Source: the human T2T-CHM13v2.0 reference genome, Homo sapiens
Length of the DNA: 64,000 bases
NCBI RefSeq assembly: GCF_009914755.1
Contig: NC_060932.1
Strand: one strand, 5' to 3'
Shown here: piece by piece, positions 41,934 to 55,528 of the stretch
How the letters are laid out: each line of letters opens with the position of its first letter
How positions within the stretch are numbered: position 1 is the stretch's first letter
Made by a program: the position numbers and the translations under genes
Notes under the pieces: model-generated
Database searches by the model: none
What the model was told of the DNA's origin: nothing
What the model saw: only the letters and a program-made list of their open reading frames with translations

Positions 41934-42405
41934 TATGTATACTGTGAAACTGTCATCACAATCAAGATAGCAAACACATGAATCGGCCCCAAAAGTGTTT
42001 CTCCAGGCCCCTTTGATTTTTCTCTCCTGTTTCTTCTGCCATCCTGTCCCCTGGCAACCACTGACTTGCTCTCTGTCACTGTACGTTAGTGTGCACTTCC
42101 TAGATTTTTATACAAATGTGTGATATGTTCTCTTTCTTGTCTGGCTCTTTTCACACAGTGTAATTCCTTTGAGATTCATCTGTGTTGGCAAGTGTATCAT
42201 TCCTGTTCATTGCTGAGTGGTATTCAATTGTGAGGATGTACCACAATTTGTTTATTCACTTCATGAACTTTGGGCTGTTTCCAGTTTTTGGCTATTACAG
42301 GTGACGCTGCTATGAAAATTCATATACAGGCCTTTGTATGAACACATGCTTTCATTTCTCTTGGGTAGTGGAATGATTGGATCATATAGTGAGTATGTAT
42401 TTAAC

Positions 42406-42706
42406 TTTTTTTTTTGAGATGGAGTCTCGCTCTGTCCCCCATGCTGGAGTGCTGTGGCGTGATCTTGGCTCACTGCAACCTCCACCCGCTGGGTTCAAAC
42501 AATTGTGCCTCATTCAGTCTCCCTAATAGTTGGGATTACAGGCATGTGCTACCACGTGTGACTTCTTTTTTTTTTTTTGTATTTTTAGTAGAGATAGGGT
42601 TTTGCCTTGTTGGCCAGCCTTGTCTCAAATTCCTGGCCTCAAGTGATCAGCCTGCCTCGGCCTCCCAAAGTGCTGGGATTACAGGCGTGAGCTGCCGCAC
42701 CCAGCC
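42406..42706 (-). mobile_element. Alu (Jb/Sz-like)
   Basis: Antisense full-length Alu; TSD tgtatttaa. Confidence 0.94.
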
Positions 42707-43830
42707 TGTATTTAAGTTTTAGAGACATTGCCAACTCTTTTACAAGGTGGTTGTACTATTTTACATTCTCATCAGCATGTGTAAAATTTCCAATTCCTTC
42801 CTTCCGATTCCAGTTCCTTCACATCCTCACCAACTCTGGGTAAGGTCAAATTTTTAAATCTTCTCTATTTGAATAGGTGTGTTAGAGTATCTCCTTGTGG
42901 TGTCAATTTGCATTTTTCTAATACTAGTTGAAAAGTTGCTAATGCAAATTGGAAATTGATGTTGAGCCTTCTTTTGACCATGAGAGTGTCTAGCCTGAGG
43001 AACAAGCCATCTGACTGACAATGGTATGCTGAAAATACAACATGGAGACCATGGGTCCTTGTTAAGGTCATTGAGCTGTGACTTAACCTGTGCTAGAAAA
43101 CCTGTTGAGATTTGGGTTATGTGAACTTCCTTATTGCCTAAGCATTCTGAGTCAGGTACTCTGCTCCTCACAGTAGAAAGCATTGTCATTGATTTGCTTG
43201 GTTTACCCAGCCTCAATCTCCACAGGCTGGAAGGGGTGAAAGCAACAATGCCTTTCAGCCTAAAAAGGCCCCTGGTGAAATGGTCATGGGGATAAGGACA
43301 CTTACTTAAATTTTGATAGTTTTCCATAGCCCTTATATCTTTGCTCCAAGCTCCCAAGATTGTCGTGTTATCTTTGTTTTGTAGACGAAGAAACTGATAT
43401 TTCATTCAAATTAAAGTGTAACAGCTTTGAGATAACAGCTTCAAGTGTGACTCCAGTGAGGATGTTTTGTTGGAGCAGCAATCAAAACCCTGCTAGTGAA
43501 ATTTCAGGCCTGAGCCTGCAAAGGAGAAATAGAATTTGAGGGGAATTAGGACTATTTGTGTGTCCTTGAGAAAAGTCATGTAAGAAATTGTGTGCTATGC
43601 TTATCTGGGTGAACCTGTGGCCAGGAATCATGGAGATTCTCCTGGATTCTTGTGGGCTCTGCTGGAGAATGACTTTTGCAATTTTAGAATAGTGTGTGAT
43701 TTCACAGAAAGCCTGAAGATCTAGAGCAGAAAAGAAGCTGCCTCTGACTTGGGGAGAGGTGGTCCCATTCGACTATCACTCTGTTATGAGGATATTTCTA
43801 GTTCCAATGAAGAGGCTTTAGAATAAGGGA

Positions 43831-44316
43831 TGTCTTGGGTTGGGGTCCGCAGTTGCAGATCTCGATATGAGAACTTGCATGCAGGTGATTTCTTAAGAAA
43901 GTGCTCTCAGGAGAAGCTAATGAAGGAGTCAGGGAGGGAAGAGGCCAAGCAAGGGTGTGATTTCAGCAAAGTCCTGAGATAGGCACCTTCAGCCTGATCC
44001 CATAAAGAAGCTATGGATACCCTCAGCCTCAAAGTGGCCATGCCTTGAGGCAAGGGAAGAGGGTGATCAGTCTCCAGCACTCATGGCTGTGGTCACAGTC
44101 AACAGCTAAGGGTTGCCATGAGGGAGATACAAACTCTCAGGCGCATCCCACTTTCCTTGAGCACAGGACAAAGTGGTGCCAGTACCTTGAGGAGACTCCT
44201 CTCTTGAAAAGTTTCAGGTTAAGGGTTGCAAACACAAAGCACACTGAAGCCTGGGGAAGGATGCTCAGGAAAGAGTTCCGAGGGGATTTGGGTGGAATAC
44301 GCCAGTGTCTGCCACA
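43831..44316 (-). mobile_element. LTR16-family ERVL LTR
   Basis: TG...CA termini; aacttgcatgcaggtgattt...ggaagaggccaagcaagggtgtgatttcag...tctgccaca. Confidence 0.6.
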
Positions 44317-44419
44317 GAGGAGGGGGCCCATCTCCTTCAGGTGGGTCAGAAAACTAAGAAGGGAATATACCACACTCCCCTTATAGGTGAGAAATGTAGA
44401 ATAAATGCAAAGAGACACA

Positions 44420-44600
44420 GACCTGGAAGGTGAAGATTAGTGTTTGATTCTTGGCTCTCTTATTCATGATGCAAATATCTTGGGCAAAGCAATTAATCTG
44501 AGCCTCAGTTCCTCATCTGTAAAATGGAGTCGATCACACATTTACTTCCCAGGGTGGCTGTGAGTGTTAAATCAGACTAAGTGCTGTGTAACCCATTGTT
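44420..44600 (+). mobile_element. MIR SINE
   Basis: ctgagcctcagttcctcatctgtaaaatggag core. Confidence 0.8.
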
Positions 44601-44619
44601 TAAACATTAGGTATCAATG

Positions 44620-44810
44620 TTTTGTTTTTTATTGATATATAATAGTTGCATATATTTTGGAGGTGCATCTGATATTTTGATAACTGTATACAATGTATAA
44701 TGGTCAAATGAGGGAAACTGGGATATCTATCACCTTAAACATTTATCTTTTCTTTGTATTGGGAGCATTACAATTCTCTTCTAGCTATTTTGAAATATAC
44801 AATAAATTAT
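44620..44810 (-). mobile_element. L1MA3/4-like 3' end
   Basis: ttttattgatatataatagttgc...ctagctattttgaaatatacaataaattat. Confidence 0.8.
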
Positions 44811-44811
44811 C

Positions 44812-45117
<306 letters not shown>

Positions 45118-45404
45118 CTAAACAAAGCTACATCCTGAATGGCTAGTGAGAATTGACTTTTGCTGCAAACCAGGCCATTCCCAGGGGAGATTCTGGGTGA
45201 AGGGATGTATCCTGATTTGGGTTAAGGCAGAACCAGACAGGCGCAGGGTTCTGGGTCATGGTGAAAGAAAGTATTGTCCAGCTCCTGTGTTCCGGATGCC
45301 ACAATAAGACATTTGCTTATGTTATTTTGTTGACTTGTCTGATAATCCTATAGTTATTTTTCTGTTTTACAGGTGGGGAAACTGCAGCTTAGATAGAGTA
45401 AGCT

Positions 45405-45780
45405 GGATATCTCCTGTCCTTTCTCCAAATCCTTAGCCATGTGCTCGCAGAGCTGACCCCTATGGACTGCTTCCATGGGCCCCCTGGTCCTCTGGCTTCT
45501 GGCCGGGTTTGTCAGTGGGAGGACAGTATGCCATGGATTTATGCTGTGGGTTGGCTGTGTCCCTCTACTGAAGGCCACAGCTCTTGTCAGCCAGCTGTCC
45601 CCAAACAGTAGCCCCTCCTCTCGGCCCTTGTAGCCTTGAGTCGATAAGCATCCCTGCCTGTCATTCATCCTTTAGCTTTCCTCAAGTCCGGCTCTTCCTT
45701 GTAAATAGTCCTTGGTTAAACTCTCCTCACCATACTCAGCTTGAGTGAGACACCTATTTCCTGCTAGGAAACAGAAACCA
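45405..45780 (+). mobile_element. LTR33-like ERVL LTR inserted in a MIR
   Basis: ctgacccctatggactgc...ctgaaggccacagctc...gtaaatagtccttggttaaactctcctca...tttcctgctagg. Confidence 0.65.
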
Positions 45781-48099
45781 AGTAATTGACCCGGTCAGAT
45801 GGCTGGAGCAGTGGAGCTGGGATTGGAGCCCAGGTCTCACTTTAGGCCTGTGCCTTTTCCATGCGGCATCATGGAACTGGTGTGGGGGCGGCGCCTGGAT
45901 GGCCATCAGTGGGCTGATTAGCTGCGGTTCCCATTTCTGCTACAGTCAACACATCCATGGGTCCAATCAAAGCAAGGAAAAAAAAAATCACCATGCTGAG
46001 GAAGAGAGAGAAGACCTCGATGGGAGGCAGTGAGTGTGACAGGTGGCCTGTCACTCAAGACCTGCATATGACACGTCTGTAAGTGCAGCTTTCCTTAGAA
46101 GTCTGATGGATGCCGAGACAGGAATTCCCTGGAGGGTCATGCCATTGTTGGCCAGCTGTGGCATCATCAGCTGTAACAGATGGAGAGCCCTGCACAGCTG
46201 AGCTGACCTTTGCAGCAACAGCCCTTCAATCAGTGCAGGACAGTCTCTCTCCCTCACCTGGCCTCCCCATCTCTACCCCAGGTGAGCATTCCCCAACGGA
46301 GGCTCTTCCATAGGCAGATGCAGCTGAGGCTGTCCAACAGGGAGAGCCTTTGCTGCCCTGGGCCAAGGAGCTGAGCCTGAGTGGTTTTGAAGTCCAGGGA
46401 AGGACCGGGAGAGGCTGTGCTAATATCTAGCAAGGACACTCAGGGCACTGGCCTGAGGCACTGTGGAGGCAGATTAGTAAAGACGCAGGAGGAAGAATCA
46501 GGGCCTCAGTGCAGCAACCTCCCCAGTTATTAAGATCCATATGCTTTTGTTCTTCAGAGAAGATTGTCTTGACACAGAGAGAGAAAAGGGAATTTAAGGG
46601 CTTAAGGAAAACTACCACCACCTGATGATATTGGCCAAATTTTATTTTTTCAGGACAGCTGTCCCTCCACCCCATTGAAGGCAACTAGCTTCAATGCATA
46701 AAACATAAAGTGAATTTATGTGTATGGCTGTGAAAGAGATGCAGAGAGACAGGGCAAACAGAAGGGAGGTGGGGACATTGAGACAGAGAAAGAGGGAAGA
46801 AATGAACACAGAGTGACAGCAAAGCTGAGGGTGTGGGGCAGTGGGGTGAGGGCGAGCAGGCATCAGGGGTGAGTTGGGAAGATCCTGCAAGGAGGAGTGT
46901 CCTCAGGAAGGCAAGCTCAGCCCAGGGCCAACTCACTGCTCCTCAGAACCCCTTTCAGTTGATTTTGGAGAGAGGGGTCTAGAAGACCCAAGGAGAATAT
47001 TGACAAGATCAGCTTCCTAACAAAACAAAAGTTGATTTGTCTATTTAATTTCTTGAATGTTGTATGCCAATTATTTTTTAAAGATATATCTTGTTCTTTT
47101 ATTGTATAAAGCACATGGAACCAATGCTTGACAAGTTAGAAGCAGGTGTCACATGTCACCTTAATCTCCTGAATAAAAAGCCACCCTGGGCACTAGACCT
47201 AGACATGGAGATCTGGCCGGAAGCTTGGGGCTGCCACTCACATAGGGTGCAGCCTCAGGCTGGTTGCTTAGTCCCTCTCAATCCACTTTCTTTATCCCAG
47301 ACATTGGGCACCATAAATAAAGTGTTGCTGAGGAATGAATGGGAGTGTGCACCTCCAAGTGGGAGGTGTATTAGGCTTAGGGAGGACACAGACCCACAAT
47401 GCTACAGAGTCCTCAGTGCTGGGATCCTCTCCTAGCCACAGGCCAGGGAGGCTCCTGGGGAAGTTCTGGGTTTTGTCCTTGCTGCCCCCAACCCAGTAGG
47501 AAAAAAGAAACAAAGCAAAACAGAGACCTGGGATAAGTTCTAAAGGCACCATAAAACATACATCTTCAGTCCTCTCATGTTTAGGGTTCAAACTGAGGAA
47601 GCATATATGCAAAAAACAGAGGTGAAATGAGAAAGTACACCTTTATGACTTTGGGCAAATACATTAGGATTTCTAAAATATGGGGCCTCTGTAAAACTGA
47701 GTTGGAGACTATGGCTTCTAATTGAGACGAAAGTGGATCTTTCTTCCCCTCCTCCCAGAAATGAAGAACAGCAGGCCTGCAGAGCCGGTGCACTCTGACT
47801 TACCCACCCACTCAAGGGCTATAGGAGAGAGCTCAAGAGGGCCAGCCCACTCTGGGCCCAGGTATGGCAGAAGAGGCGGTCTGGCCTGTGGACCAGATTC
47901 ATCAGCTCCGTTTGCTGGCTACCCCCATTGCAGCCCCCTAGGTATCCAGACAAGTTCCATCAACATTGAACATCAAAAGATTCAGGATTTGGGTCTAAAT
48001 AATTTTATTCTCAAGAGGCTCTTGGGTCCTTAGGCCAATATTCCTGTGTCCTTCTTAGAGGAGAAAGACCACTTTAGTCAAGTTAAAAAAGCCCCAGTG

Positions 48100-48420
<321 letters not shown>

Positions 48421-49639
48421 CTACTAGCTTTACAAGTAAATAATTAAAAGGGCCACTAAAAGTGGTTTATCTAAAGTTTTGTTGTGTTCTTTATAAATAT
48501 AGAAAAAAGTAGTAGGCAACTTGCGAATAGTAACAGCTTCTCTCACTTAAAAACAGACCCCAGGACTCTAACTCTGCCCCATCAGACCCCATGCAACATC
48601 AATCCTCTAAGACCTTAGAAAACTGTAGCTCACAGCAAAGAGAGATCAGAGAAGGCCTCACAGAGGAGGGATAATCACTATGTGTCTTCAGTAACAGAAA
48701 GACTTTAGAAAGAAAGAAAACGAGGTGAGACAGAGATTTTCAGAGGCACAACCTCTTTAAGGTGATTCTCAGAAGTGTGAATGCTCCGTGTGTGTTTGGG
48801 GGGTGCTGTGTAGACTGTTTTGTTTGGAGTGGAGGATATGGGAAGGTGCTGGCTTTGCTGCAGAAGGCTTGAGACTGGGAAAGAAGGAGTGTGACAGCAG
48901 ATGTCTGTGACACCTTGTGTTTTCAACCCGACTGTCGTTATCCATGGGTCACCTGAACCCAGTTGTGACTTAAGCCTGACTACCCCTGCATATCTCAGGC
49001 ATGGGAGTCAATCAATTCTTTGTGTTCAACTTGTTTGAGTTGGGTTTGTTTCATGTGCAACTGAAATTGCTCTAATTTAGCGATGACTGGAGAGACCAGG
49101 GGAATGTGTGTATTGGCTCCACGGTGGGAGACACACAGGGCAAGGGATCCGACAGTCTCTGGTGGATTCCTCCCTGTCTGAGACGATCAGAAGTGTTCAT
49201 GGATAGGGTGTGGTGGGGAGGAAATAACATATAATTCTAGGAACGTGAAGTTGATTTCCAGTCCCCCTGAGTCCTACAATAGTGGAGCCTCAGTTTCCAC
49301 TATTGTAAGATGCAGAAAATATTGAAATATGGATATTGTCCAAGGGTCAGGTGAAACAAAATGTGTGTAGCAGCTTGGGTGCTCTGCAGTGCTATATACA
49401 CATGCAAGCAGCGAACACAGCAGGCTCTGCGGGCACTGCACTTTTCCTTTGTACGATACTTGTTTTTCATTTTGTTTTCTTCAATAGTAATCATGGTGAC
49501 TACACTTTGCACATTGGAGTTTTACTCATCTCAGAGGACCATCCCATGTAGCATCTCGTTTTCTTTCAAGAATACATTTTCCTTTGGGCTCAGGTGGCTG
49601 CCATGCCAGGGGGAAGTAGCTGGGAGATCAGGAACTGAC

Positions 49640-49830
49640 ATTTAGAAATCATCTCATGTTCTGGGCTTCATGCATATTTAACCTCTTTGAATTGTCTCAA
49701 CAACACTGTGAGGCTGGGATTACCACTTCCATTCTTAGATGGGAAACAGGGTTTCTGCAGGATTGGTTGACTGGCTTTGGGTCATGCAGCTGGCAATAGT
49801 GGGGTCTGGATTCAAATCCAGGCTGGAATG
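49640..49830 (-). mobile_element. MIR SINE
   Basis: tctcaacaacactgtgagg...ccattcttagatgggaaacaggg...ggattcaaatccagg. Confidence 0.7.
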
Positions 49831-50554
49831 GCAGCAAAGTCCCACCTACAAGTGGGAGTCAGAGGGGAATGGTGTTGGCTCTGTTTTGTGGCTTCATCCA
49901 AGAAGAGTCCCAGGGCTCCCAGGGGAGGCATAAAGCAGAAGTGGGATCACACTGCCTCCCTGTCTTCAGCTCCACCAGGACCCTTGGGCCTGCAGTGCTG
50001 GTGCCTCTGCTGTGGGGTTGGCACGCACCCTCCTTCCTCACCCCTCTACCTGGATCTCTCTTATATCTTCCCGAGATAGTGGGAACGGTCCCAGTCTCTG
50101 TGTAATGAAGGCTTCCTTTTCTCAATCTAAATATTAGCAAAGCCACCTCCCCTTCCTCCCACCTCTCAGGAAGGCTGCTCCAAAGCTGTTGACAACTCAG
50201 AAGAGAAAGCGACTCAGGCAGCCACAAACTTTCTCTGGCAGCTGCCTGAGGGAGCCCAGAGCAGGAGGGCTGCCTGTACCTGTAAGAAAGCCAAATACTC
50301 TCCAGTTGTTTTTGTTTTTAAGAAAAAAGTTTAAACAAGCCCCCACACACCCTCTTCTTACAGGGAATACATTATAAATGTATCTATTTCCCTGGGGGAA
50401 GACTGTTGGTGGAGTTTGCTCCCCTGCGCATATCAGTGCTGCTAGACCAGGAAGCCGGCCCACACTATGTATATTGATATATATATATATTAATAAAATA
50501 TTGTATATGCTAGTATAATCCCACCTACTGCACACTGGGCATTGTGCCAGATAT

Positions 50555-50895
50555 TAAAGGCATGAAGGTGACTTCAGATATAATTCTTGATTTTAAGAAG
50601 GTCACGGCTCATAAGGATGTGGGATGGGAGACAAACAGGCAAATAGGAGACTGTAGTCAAGGATGACACAAGTTTGTGGAGGGTGCCGGGGGGCATGGAG
50701 GGAGGGTGAGATGGTGGATGGTCACCTTGCCTTGGAAGGGAGGCTGGGAGAGCTAGAAACTGAAAAGTGTATAGGAAGTAGGAGCTAGCCCGGTGCAGGA
50801 GTGGTGAATAGGAGGTGGGGAGGAAAGAGTGCTCCAGCAGAAGAAACAGCCCAGCCAAAGGCTCAGAGGCAAGAAAGAGCATTGCTTTGGGAGTA
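50555..50895 (-). mobile_element. L2 fragment
   Basis: gggagacaaacagg...gtgctccagcagaagaaacagcccagccaaaggctcagaggc. Confidence 0.6.
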
Positions 50896-51396
50896 TGAAA
50901 AGATCTTGGCTAGTTCTCAATGTGTTACTCTTTCTAAGTAGGTATGAGGTCCACTCTGGGAACTTTGTGGTTAAGTGTGTGTAAGGAAATGGAATGCTAC
51001 CGACCAGCAACCTTATGGTGTGTGGCAATTTACAAACCCTTCTGAGGCTAACATCTCAGTGGGGCTTGCAATGGTTCTGTGAAGTAGGGCTGTCTGATGT
51101 TGTTACAGTTCCAACTTTACACCTGGGAAAACCAAAGTTTAGGAAATGGTCCTGTCCCTTCTGAGATTAACAATGTTCCATTGTTTCCCCACACTTTATA
51201 TAGGTTTCTTTTGCTGTGTAGCAAATTGACACAAACTTAGTAGGTTTAAATTACACATATTTATTATCTCAGTTTCTGCAAGACCGGAGTCTGAGCATAC
51301 CTTAGCTGGCTTCTCTGCTTCAGAATTTCACCAGGCTGCAGTTAAGGGGACCCCTTAATGTCTGCCTGTCTCACACTTCTACCCCTTTTTCTATGC

Positions 51397-51633
51397 AGGA
51401 ATTCAGGACCAGCCAGGGCAACATAGTGAGACCCCATCTCTATTAAAAGTAAAAAATTAGCCAGTGGTGTGCATCTGTAGTCCAAGCTACTTGGGAGGGT
51501 AAAGTGGGAAGATCACTTAAGTGGGGGAGGTGGAGGCTGCTGTGAGCTGTGATTGCACCACTGCAGCCTGCAGCCTGGGCAACAGAGTGAGACCCTATCT
51601 CATAAAAAAAAAATAAAAATAAAAAATAAAAAA
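51397..51633 (+). mobile_element. 5'-truncated AluJ
   Basis: gggcaacatagtgagacccc...J-type right arm, A-rich tail. Confidence 0.9.
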
Positions 51634-51646
51634 GAACCTTCCCAGG

Positions 51647-52194
51647 TGTGATGGTTAACATTGAGTGTCAAGTTGATTGGATTGAAGGATGCAAATTATT
51701 GTTCCTGGGTGCATCTGTGAGGGTGTTGCCAAAGGATATTAACATTTGAGTTGGTGGACTGGGAGAGGCAGACCCACCCTCTATCTGGATTGGCACCATC
51801 TAATCAGCTGTCAGCATGGCTAGAATAAAGCAGGCAGAAGAAAGTGGAATGAAGAGACTTGTTGAGTCTTCTGGCCTTCATCTTTCTCCTGTGTTGGATG
51901 CTTCCTGCCCTCGAACATCAGACTCCAAGTTCATCAACTTTTGGACTCTTGGACTTATACCAGTGATTTGCCAGGGGCTCTTGGGCCTTTGGCCACAGAC
52001 TGAAGGCTGTACTGTCAGCTTCCCTACATTTGAGGTTTTGGGACTTGAACTGGTTTCCTTGCTCCTCAGCTTGCAGACAGCCTATTGTGAGACTTCACCT
52101 TGCGATGGTGTGAGTCAATTCTCCTAATAAACTCCCCTTCCTATATACATATATCCTATTAGTTCTGTCCCTTTAGAGAACACTGACTAATACA
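51647..52194 (+). mobile_element. MLT2A (A2-like) HERV-L solo LTR
   Basis: Starts tgtgatggttaacattgagtgtcaagttgattggattgaagg, ends gagaacactgactaataca; TSD cc(a/t)gg. Confidence 0.92.
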
Positions 52195-52857
52195 CCTGGG
52201 CTCTCTGTGGCCAGCCCCACCCATTCTCCAAATTGCAGCTTCAGCTTTAGAAGCCTCCCAAATGCCTCTTGCTACGTTTGTGGTGCTGGTGCCCTTCCCT
52301 GTCCCATTCCCACTGTGGCAGTTACCAGGAGATACTGAGCTCTTACTGTTGATTTGCAAGTCTCTCACCCTCTAGGTGGGGACTGAGCCTTCTTTTCACT
52401 TTGGCATCTCCAGTGGCTGATGATGGTCACTGTTCAGTAAGTATTTGTGATTGATGAAATTGACCAACTAAGTGATTTGCTTCAAGTCCCAAGTCTATTT
52501 AGGGACTTGGTCTCAATTCCAGGTCTTACTTTACTACACCTTCACCTCTTCAATTTCTCAAAAATCCAAATCAAAGTATAGTATCATAGATACCCCTGTT
52601 GGAGCTAATTAGGTTGAAAGGGCCAGCTCCCCATAAGACATGATGGCAATGGGTGATAATATATAACATTTAAATTGTGTTATTTTTCAAAGCACTGTGA
52701 TATTCAATATCCCACAGATTTCCTTCAGTGTCCAACTGGGTTTAGCCCCTCATCTGTAGTTTAAGTAACAGAAGCACAGACAGATGAAATGATTTGCTTA
52801 AATGTACACAGAGAAAAGAAACACAAAGCTGTGACTCAATCCAGGGCTTCTGACTCC

Positions 52858-54480
<1,623 letters not shown>

Positions 54481-55153
54481 GGTCAGTGAAGAGCCGCCCT
54501 GGTTTCTCTGTTGTTCTTCTAATAGCACAAAACAATTTCCTTCTCTTTTTTAAGGACAAGGCCAATATGAGGCCAAAGTCCCGATGGATTTGTCCAGTAA
54601 AGGAAAAACAGGCCATGCTTAGGTTTGAGCAGTTAATTACTTATATAGTGAAAGGAAAAGCAGCCAAAGATGCCTCTCCCTGTGGTCTTTGTTCCACATA
54701 CCAAGAAGTCCTAAGCCATAGGGGCCAGAGGACAATGCAACACAAGTGGTGGGATACCCATGGCTGAGTGCAGCAACGTGGTTCTATCTATTCTCAGCCA
54801 TACCCTAGAGGGGTGGGGTAAGAGGCCTTATAACTCATCAGAACTCGAGAGGTCATGAGAAAGTGCCTCCAGACAGCCTCTCGGGCAGATGGGGAGGTGA
54901 GTCACAGGAACTTGAGTAGCCCCTTACAAGCTATCCATCCTCCCCTGTTCTGGAAGGATCCATAAATGTTCCGCCAAGACTCAGACTAAGTTGGGGCTTT
55001 GTCTACCTGCTTTAAGTAGATACATGTGAGGTCAACAGGACACCCTGGAGGAACCTAAATTCTTTAGTATCACTTACTGCAATTGGAATTAATATGATAG
55101 GAAACACACAGCACTTAACTATGTTCCATGTGCTTTACACATACTAACCCATT

Positions 55154-55528
55154 TAATATGGTTTGGCTGTGTTCCCACCCAAATCTCATCTTGAATTGTA
55201 GTTCCCATAATCCCCATCTGTCATGGGAGGGACCTGGTGGGAGGTAATTGAATCATGGGGGCAGTCACCCTCATGCTGTTCTCGTGATAGTGAGTGAGTT
55301 CTCATGAGAACTGATGGTTTTATATGGGGCTTTTGCCCCTTTTGCTCAGCACTTCTCCTTGCTGCTGCCATGTGAGGAAGGACATGTTTGCTTCCCCTTC
55401 CACCATGATTGTAAGTTTCCTGAGGCCTCCCCAGCCATGCTGAACTGTGAGTCAATTAAACCTCTTTCATTTATAAATTACTCAGTCTCAGATAGATCTT
55501 TATAGCAGCATGAGAACAGACTGATACA
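55154..55528 (+). mobile_element. THE1C/D MaLR solo LTR inserted in a MIR
   Basis: atatggtttggctgtgttcccacccaaatctcatcttgaattgtag...gagaacagactgataca; TSD ccat(t/c). Confidence 0.93.

Larger units (their letters stand above)
41445..42975 (-). mobile_element. L1MC/MD-type 3' fragment interrupted by an MST LTR and an Alu
   Basis: gcataattgatacacagtaaactgcatatatttaaag...ggcaaccactgacttgctctctgtcact...tttgcatttttctaat; ORF 42854-43405 ends IRKMQIDTTRRY, like the L1 ORF2 C-terminus. Confidence 0.8.

Noticed and set aside
42854-43405. Longest ORF (183 aa) as a gene
   Set aside because: Its C-terminus is decayed L1 ORF2 and the rest resembles no protein I recognise; no promoter or splice support is visible.
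54540-55050. Possible additional old ERVL-type LTR
   Set aside because: It has LTR-like texture, but I could not identify termini, a TSD or a family with confidence.
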